Source of the DNA: Candidatus Woesearchaeota archaeon
GTDB taxonomy: Archaea; Nanobdellota; Nanobdellia; Woesearchaeales; ARS49
Direction of reading: 5' to 3'
Assembly (NCBI GenBank): GCA_018303245.1
Contig: JAGVYM010000010.1
Coordinates: forward strand, 1 to 33,688
Length of the DNA: 33,688 nucleotides
Shown here: in pieces, positions 28,584-33,688 of the stretch
Numbering within the stretch: the first letter of the stretch is position 1
How the letters are laid out: the number at the start of each line of letters is the position of its first letter
The notes under the pieces: generated by a model
What the model saw: the letters and a program-made list of their open reading frames with translations, nothing else
Told to the model about the DNA's origin: nothing
Databases searched by the model: none
Program-made: the position numbers and the translations under genes

Positions 28584-30031
28584 CAATCCGCATCACGAAT
28601 TTCGTGGGCGGCAAGTTCCATGATTCATTGGATGGAGCATTTAGTGTTTCAAGTCCGTTCTTTGATTACGCGGTTGACGTTCCCAATTCGTGTGTTCTGG
28701 ATTTAGGTGACGCGTTTTCAGTCGCAAAAAAAGCGCAAGTGGCATGTGCGAGCCTGTCTTTTGAGGCGCGTCGTGAAATTCTCAAAAAAGCTGCAGAACG
28801 ATTCATCATTTCTGATGAGGAGCTGGCACATTTGGTCAAGATGCAGGGCATGCCTATCCGGTTTGTGAAACAGCACGCCATGTATTCGCGTGAGTTGTTT
28901 TTTCATACTGCGAATGCGGCAGAGCGTAGGCATGGTCATGCTTTGGGCCACCTTGGGGAAAGCATGGACGTGCACGGCTTTGAGCTTAGCCTTCCTCCAG
29001 AGGGGATTGCCGTTGCGTTCATTCCGCCCAATGACCCTGCGGAGGCCGCGTTTGTCCTTTCGCATGTTGTGATGAGTGGCGCAGTGATTATCATAAAGCC
29101 AAGCCAGCAGGAGCCTTATATGGCGTTGAAAATTGCAAGCTTGTTGACTGAGTGCGGGTATCCTCCAGGCGGAATCAATGTTGTTCATTGGAATACTGCG
29201 GATGCAACCCGTTCAGAGTTGACACATTTTTTACTGCGTGATTCAAAATATCGTATTTTTATGGGAGATTATGATAGTGCGCATACAATGTTTGCTTCTG
29301 TGGAGAACAGGAACGCAAAGAACTGTATTTTTTCCGCAGGAAAATCAAAAGCGATTGTGGATGATGGGGCAGATCTTGAGCGCACGGCAGAGAGCATCAT
29401 TGAGTCATCTCTTTATTGGACTAATAATTGTGTTTCGACGAAATCAGTCATCGTTGTGGGGGAACAGAATGCCAAGCGATTGAGTGAAATTCTGGAGCGC
29501 AAGTTCAGGGATTTTATGGTTGGAGATCCGTTTAATCCTGACACGACAATAGGGTATGTTGATGAGAAAACACTCGATGAGCTTGAGCAGGTAGCAAGAG
29601 GGCAGAATGATTTTTCTTATGCTCACTTCCACCATAATTTTGTAAGGGTTAATAAGTTTCAAATGAATCCGCTTCTTGTTTGGCTACCGCATCCTGATGC
29701 CGAGTCGCCATTTGTTTCACATGAGTTTCCATACACCCTTGCAGTTATGTCAGTCCCAACGTTTGAGGACGCAGTGCATTTTGTCAATGAGGCGAGTGGT
29801 TTTCTGCTTGAGAAAAAGTCAATGGCGGTTTCGTTGTATGCAACTGAAGCTTCATTTACTGACTTCGCAAAGAGCAATCCCGGAAAACTTAAAAGCATTA
29901 TTGGGCTAAAGTCCCATTTGCTGTTTTACAACAAGCCATCGACGTGCCTCTCGCCTCATTTGAGGCATCAGGGGACTGATCTTACTGGTTTTTTATCGCG
30001 GCCTATGACGATTGTTGATTCAAAAATCTGA
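28568..30031 (+). CDS. aldehyde-dehydrogenase-superfamily protein of the CoA-acylating / acyl-CoA-reductase (EutE/PduP/LuxC-like) type
   Basis: IIIKPSQQEP, INVVHW and IFMGDYDS are cofactor motifs. FSAGKSKAIVDDGADLERTAESII replaces the ELGGK motif, as in G(A)GNPPxVVDETAD. WTNNCVSTKSVIV carries the catalytic Cys in an NNxC..(E/T)K context. An alternative start at ATG 28580 forms an ATGA overlap with the ligase stop. Confidence 0.75.
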   Translation: MQVRMTIRITNFVGGKFHDSLDGAFSVSSPFFDYAVDVPNSCVLDLGDAFSVAKKAQVACASLSFEARREILKKAAERFIISDEELAHLVKMQGMPIRFVKQHAMYSRELFFHTANAAERRHGHALGHLGESMDVHGFELSLPPEGIAVAFIPPNDPAEAAFVLSHVVMSGAVIIIKPSQQEPYMALKIASLLTECGYPPGGINVVHWNTADATRSELTHFLLRDSKYRIFMGDYDSAHTMFASVENRNAKNCIFSAGKSKAIVDDGADLERTAESIIESSLYWTNNCVSTKSVIVVGEQNAKRLSEILERKFRDFMVGDPFNPDTTIGYVDEKTLDELEQVARGQNDFSYAHFHHNFVRVNKFQMNPLLVWLPHPDAESPFVSHEFPYTLAVMSVPTFEDAVHFVNEASGFLLEKKSMAVSLYATEASFTDFAKSNPGKLKSIIGLKSHLLFYNKPSTCLSPHLRHQGTDLTGFLSRPMTIVDSKI

Positions 30032-30071
30032 AGTTGTACAAGTCTAAAGTGAATAATAAAAAGAAAGGTTT

Positions 30072-30800
30072 CTACTTAAGAACAATCATCCCCTTGTCCG
30101 CAATTTTCATGGGAATGGGATCGCGTCGGTGATTGGTTCGTCGCATTTTTACGACACGAATCGCGCGGTCTGCTTCGCCGCCAAGGCCTGCGCTGTGGAG
30201 GGTGATGACTGAGTCCGCGACAAATTCTAGGAGGCCTTCCCGGCTCAAATTTCCTCCTCCTGATGTAACATCGAGCGGGGGTTCGCCGTCCAGTTCAGCA
30301 GTCATTACAACGGTGCAGTCAAGTTCTTTCAGGAAACGCGAGAGCTTGTAAAGTTCTGTGCGCAGCTGGAACGTGTCCCCTTTGAACGACATCGAGAAGA
30401 TTGACACCGAGTCGATTACCACTCGCTTGATGGCGTATTTGGAAATCAAGGTTGCCATTTCTTTCTGCATGTTCGGGCTTTCATAGGGCTTGAATGAGAG
30501 GAAGAAGCATTGTCGTTTTTTCTCGAATTGGTCGAAATCCCAGCCAAACATGCTTGCATCTGCTTTTAGAGACTCCACATTTTCATCAAAGGTAACGACA
30601 AGGCCGGGCTCGTTGTTAAGCGCTCCGTTGTAGATGTATTGGAGGCCAAAAATTGTTTTGCCTGAACCTGGGCCGCCCGATATCATGATGAGTGAGTTTT
30701 TCACAAATCCGCCTTCGATTGCAGGGTCGAATCCAGGTATGTTGGTCTTGATTCGTTGAAGGTTGTATTTTTTGGAGGGCTGTTTGGTTTGTTTTTTCAT
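30072..30800 (-). CDS. single-domain KaiC-like ATPase (second of adjacent pair)
   Basis: IPGFDPAIEGGFVKNSLIMISGGPGSGKT, VVTFDEN, RVVIDSVS and FVADSVITL. Confidence 0.9.
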   Translation of the reverse strand: MKKQTKQPSKKYNLQRIKTNIPGFDPAIEGGFVKNSLIMISGGPGSGKTIFGLQYIYNGALNNEPGLVVTFDENVESLKADASMFGWDFDQFEKKRQCFFLSFKPYESPNMQKEMATLISKYAIKRVVIDSVSIFSMSFKGDTFQLRTELYKLSRFLKELDCTVVMTAELDGEPPLDVTSGGGNLSREGLLEFVADSVITLHSAGLGGEADRAIRVVKMRRTNHRRDPIPMKIADKGMIVLK

Positions 30801-30802
30801 GG

Positions 30803-31567
30803 TTACTCCTTGGTGTCGTGTACGGTGATTCCATTGCTAGCAATTTCAAAACCGTGAACGCCGCTGTCGCTTTTTGTTCCTCTCATCTTTCGCACGAGCA
30901 GTGAGCGGGAAGTCTGCCAGGCATTGATTTCAAAGGTCATAAGGATAATTCCATCCGCGATAAACTCTGAAACGGTGTCTCTTGACAAAAATTCTCCTTT
31001 TTCAGGTGCTTCAGATGTTACCATGCTTGTGCAGCCCATCTGTTTGATGTCGTACAAGAATCCGTAGACGAATCTTTTGACGACGAAGTCTCCAAGAATT
31101 GGAGGAGAAAAGAATGCTTTGTAGTTCATGATGTCGCGCAGCGCGATGTCTTTGATTGGCGTGTAGACTGGCGCATTGACCGAAAGTGTTGAAAGTGAGT
31201 CGATGACGAGCCGTTGGATTTTTCGTTCTTTGACTTCTTTTTTGATGAGTTCGATGGTTTGTGTTGTCAAGTCATGGATTGGGACATGCATGAGCGTGAG
31301 CATTCCTGTTTTTTCAAGTTTTTTTAAGTCAAGCCCGATTTGCATCGCCTGTTCGCGCAAGTCATCAAGGCTTTGTTCAAGGGTAACATACATGCATTTC
31401 TCTTTGAACTTTGAGGCGCCGTTGTACAGAAATTCAAGCGTGAAGAGGGTTTTTCCTGTTCCTGGTGTTCCGATGAGAAGAATTACTGCTCCTTGAGGAA
31501 GTCCTCCTTGGACGAGCTTGTCAAATCCTTTGATGCCAGTTGGTACTCGTTTGGGCACATGAATCAC
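30803..31567 (-). CDS. single-domain KaiC-like ATPase (first of adjacent pair)
   Basis: IKGFDKLVQGGLPQGAVILLIGTPGTGKT, YVTLEQS, RLVIDSLS and FIADGIILM. AGAGGTGA RBS. The stop lies 2 nt before the next KaiC-like start. Confidence 0.9.
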   Translation of the reverse strand: MIHVPKRVPTGIKGFDKLVQGGLPQGAVILLIGTPGTGKTLFTLEFLYNGASKFKEKCMYVTLEQSLDDLREQAMQIGLDLKKLEKTGMLTLMHVPIHDLTTQTIELIKKEVKERKIQRLVIDSLSTLSVNAPVYTPIKDIALRDIMNYKAFFSPPILGDFVVKRFVYGFLYDIKQMGCTSMVTSEAPEKGEFLSRDTVSEFIADGIILMTFEINAWQTSRSLLVRKMRGTKSDSGVHGFEIASNGITVHDTKE

Positions 31568-31604
31568 CTCTTTGGTACTACTCCGTTGTTTATCGTATTT
31601 ATAG

Positions 31605-32819
31605 TTATGCTTTGGGAGTTATCTCTATGCTGGCAGGCGGTCGCTCCGCTTCTTCTGTCACGTTTATCCACGAGCGGATGTCGTGTTCGAGTGTAAATAT
31701 TTCGCTTAAGTCCCGCATGAAAAAGACAAGCGCGTTGTCGACGAGTGTGAGATTCGCGACGACCATGATGTTGCTTCCGTCTTTGCAGTGGAGGGGGATG
31801 ACGAGGTCCTTGACGACCTGGTTTTTCTTGCAGGAGGTTATCGAGTCGAGGATTTTCTGTCGGACTTCTTTTTTGGGGAATATTTGAGAGAGTCCCTTGT
31901 CGCGGTCGTGCAGGTCTTTTTTCTGGTAGCCGGTGAGCTTGGTGAGCGTGTTGTTCGCAATGAGAACATGGTCATGTGTGTCAAAGGCAAGTACAGGGAC
32001 TCCTGCTTTCTCGATGAGTGCTTCAACGAAGTCTTTTTGTGAGCGAAGCTCGTCCTCTGTTTTTTTCAAAGGAGTGATGTTGCGCGAGAGGATAAGGATG
32101 CTGTTGATGCTTCCGTCATTGTTTTTGATGGGCGAGATGGTTTCAAGGCTCCAGAGGTGGCTTCCTTCTTTGTATCTTCCTTCGAACGTGGTCATTTTGC
32201 CGTGTTTTGCGGCGGCAAGCGCGCTTTTGAGTTTTGGCTTGTAGTCGTCCTGCAAAAAGCGGGCGAGTTGTTCTGCGTCGCAGGATTCTTTTGCACGGTA
32301 ATGTTTGATTGCACTTTCGTTCATGAAGATGGATTTTCCGCTGGTGTCAAGCAAGACGATGCAGTCAGGTGATGTTTGGGCGAGCACGCGGTAGCGTGCC
32401 TCGAGTTCTTTCTCGAGGTGTTCCGCGCGTTCTTTAGCTTCCAATGCTTCTCCTAGTTTGAGTTCTTCTTTTTTCAGTCCGACTTTCTCGACGGCAAGTT
32501 TGAGGCTTACTAGAATGCGGTCAAACGCTTTGGCGAGTTCGCCTATTTCATCAGTTCGTTCTTTTCCTTCGACGTGAATGTCGAGTTTTCCTTTGCTGAT
32601 GTCTTCGATGTTGCGCGTGAGCTTTTGGATAGGGTGGGTGATTGAGTACTCGGTCCGAAGCCCGATGGCGATAGCGGCAAGGAAGAGCAGGAAGACGATG
32701 GAGATTCCAGTCACCATGGTACTGTTGAGCGCGAAGAGTTTGAGTGCCGCTATGAATGCGAGTGCTCCAACGAGAAGGATGAAGAGCAGGCTGCCCGTGA
32801 GTTTTATTCCTATTTTCAC
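31605..32819 (-). CDS. membrane HAMP-PAS-PAS sensor without recognisable output domain
   Basis: GTG start with a GAGGT RBS. Two N-terminal TM helices. HAMP: HPIQKLTRNIEDISKGKLDIHVEGKERTDEIGELAKAFD. A coiled coil follows. PAS-like blocks begin at YRVLAQTSPDCIVLLDTSGKSIFMNESA and FVEALIEKAGVPVLAFDTHDHVLIANNT. Confidence 0.8.
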   Translation of the reverse strand: MKIGIKLTGSLLFILLVGALAFIAALKLFALNSTMVTGISIVFLLFLAAIAIGLRTEYSITHPIQKLTRNIEDISKGKLDIHVEGKERTDEIGELAKAFDRILVSLKLAVEKVGLKKEELKLGEALEAKERAEHLEKELEARYRVLAQTSPDCIVLLDTSGKSIFMNESAIKHYRAKESCDAEQLARFLQDDYKPKLKSALAAAKHGKMTTFEGRYKEGSHLWSLETISPIKNNDGSINSILILSRNITPLKKTEDELRSQKDFVEALIEKAGVPVLAFDTHDHVLIANNTLTKLTGYQKKDLHDRDKGLSQIFPKKEVRQKILDSITSCKKNQVVKDLVIPLHCKDGSNIMVVANLTLVDNALVFFMRDLSEIFTLEHDIRSWINVTEEAERPPASIEITPKA

Positions 32820-32862
32820 CTTGAAAACCTCTTTCTTAGACTGGCAATTTGAACAGTGGATG

Positions 32863-32870
32863 TTTTAAAG
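32863..32870 (-). promoter_or_regulatory. TATA box for the HAMP-PAS / KaiC-like operon
   Basis: The minus-strand CTTTAAAA lies 43 nt upstream of GTG 32819. Confidence 0.4.
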
Positions 32871-32989
32871 GTGTTCGTGAATCGCCACTCTCCTCTATTC
32901 GTTCTGGTGATTCTCGACATGATTCCCCTTTTAAAGTGCTTCAATGCGCGCAGTCTTTTTATGCTTTGCGTTATGTGTTCTGAAGAATG

Positions 32990-33604
32990 CTAAAGTGACT
33001 GTCGTGCAGGTCTTATGGTGGTAATTCCTGCGGAACGTATTGCGCTGATTGGGTGAGTGGAGCAATTACAGACTGCACGGCCTTGGATGTTGTTGAACGT
33101 GCAGTCTACAGATGGTGTTGAGAAGCTTCCTTTGGTTATGATGAATGTTCCTTGCGGGATTCCGTAGAGGTCCATGAAATAGTATGTTGAGCGCTGGTCT
33201 TTTGGAACGCGCACGAGCGTTTCGGTGTTAATGCTCAAGAACCCGCCTTCATTTCCGTTTAGCGTTTTACCTTTTGACATATCGAGTGTTCCAAAGTGAG
33301 AGGTTCTTTTCACGACAAAGTTGATGGTTGCGAGTCGTTCTGGTCCTTGCGTTGCGAATCCATCTGAGGTGTCAAGTGCGGGGAGCGCAATCTGCTCGTA
33401 GAGTTGTCTTGCGACTTCACCGCAGCTTCCTTGTGGGAACGTGACCGCGTAAGTTTCAAAGAATCTGTTGACAGTGTCATCAAGCGTGAGCGCGTAGGAG
33501 TTTTCTTTAACAACTGCGCCTGTTGGAGTTCCACCAAATTGAACCATCGCGCCTGTGAGAAGTAAGATGAAGATAATGCCTGCCAGTGCAACGCGTAGTT
33601 CCAT
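32990..33604 (-). CDS. secreted or membrane-anchored hypothetical protein
   Basis: Start is set to ATG 33604; the track uses TTG 33622. The N-terminal hydrophobic segment is MELRVALAGIIFILLLTGAMV. Confidence 0.6.
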   Translation of the reverse strand: MELRVALAGIIFILLLTGAMVQFGGTPTGAVVKENSYALTLDDTVNRFFETYAVTFPQGSCGEVARQLYEQIALPALDTSDGFATQGPERLATINFVVKRTSHFGTLDMSKGKTLNGNEGGFLSINTETLVRVPKDQRSTYYFMDLYGIPQGTFIITKGSFSTPSVDCTFNNIQGRAVCNCSTHPISAIRSAGITTIRPARQSL

Positions 33605-33636
33605 ATTGTCTCTTTTTCGCAAAAGTATGGTTGAAG

Positions 33637-33646
33637 AATATAAAAA
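33637..33646 (-). promoter_or_regulatory. TATA box for 32990..33604
   Basis: The minus-strand TTTTTATATT lies 32 nt upstream of ATG 33604. Confidence 0.4.
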
Positions 33647-33688
33647 GCTATGCGCCGTCCGTGCTTAAGCCAAAAAGTCAAATCTCTG

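Overview
Archaeal-looking chromosomal window. Evidence: A/T-rich TATA boxes 22-43 nt upstream of start codons, many apparently leaderless genes, GAGGT-type ribosome-binding sites inside operons, an intron-bearing tRNA, and several KaiC-like ATPases. There are three blocks. (1) nt ~1.1-7.7 kb is a visibly AT-richer integrated element at the 3' end of tRNA-Glu(UUC). It carries a tyrosine integrase, about 12 small ORFs (zinc-ribbon protein, RHH, wHTH-like proteins), an AbrB/RelE-type toxin-antitoxin pair, and two degenerate copies of the tRNA 3' end on its right side. (2) nt 7.9-17.5 kb holds a small AbrB-like ORF and one 8.5-kb gene for a 2841-aa surface protein saturated with N-x-S/T sequons. 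Its layout is signal peptide, WNG-repeat propeller-like region, parallel beta-helix region, five DUF11-like repeats, G/S linker, C-terminal TM anchor and cytoplasmic coiled coil. A translationally coupled 305-aa membrane-anchored partner shares its tail motif. (3) nt 17.5-32.8 kb is a dense signalling island. It has three Walker-A-positive single-domain KaiC-like ATPases and three P-loop-less KaiC-like paralogues, two of them coupled to separate polytopic membrane proteins. It also has a HAMP histidine kinase, a CheY receiver, a HAMP-PAS-PAS sensor, a V4R protein and a FIST protein. The FIST gene appears co-transcribed with a C-terminally truncated PaaK/LuxE-like adenylating enzyme and a CoA-acylating-ALDH/LuxC-like reductase. 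An intron-bearing tRNA-Ile(UAU) and two secreted proteins are interspersed. My best candidate for an undescribed system is the FIST-ligase-reductase operon embedded in the KaiC-like hub, followed by the giant surface-protein operon. All family calls rest on motif recognition by eye; no homology search, folding program or statistics were run.
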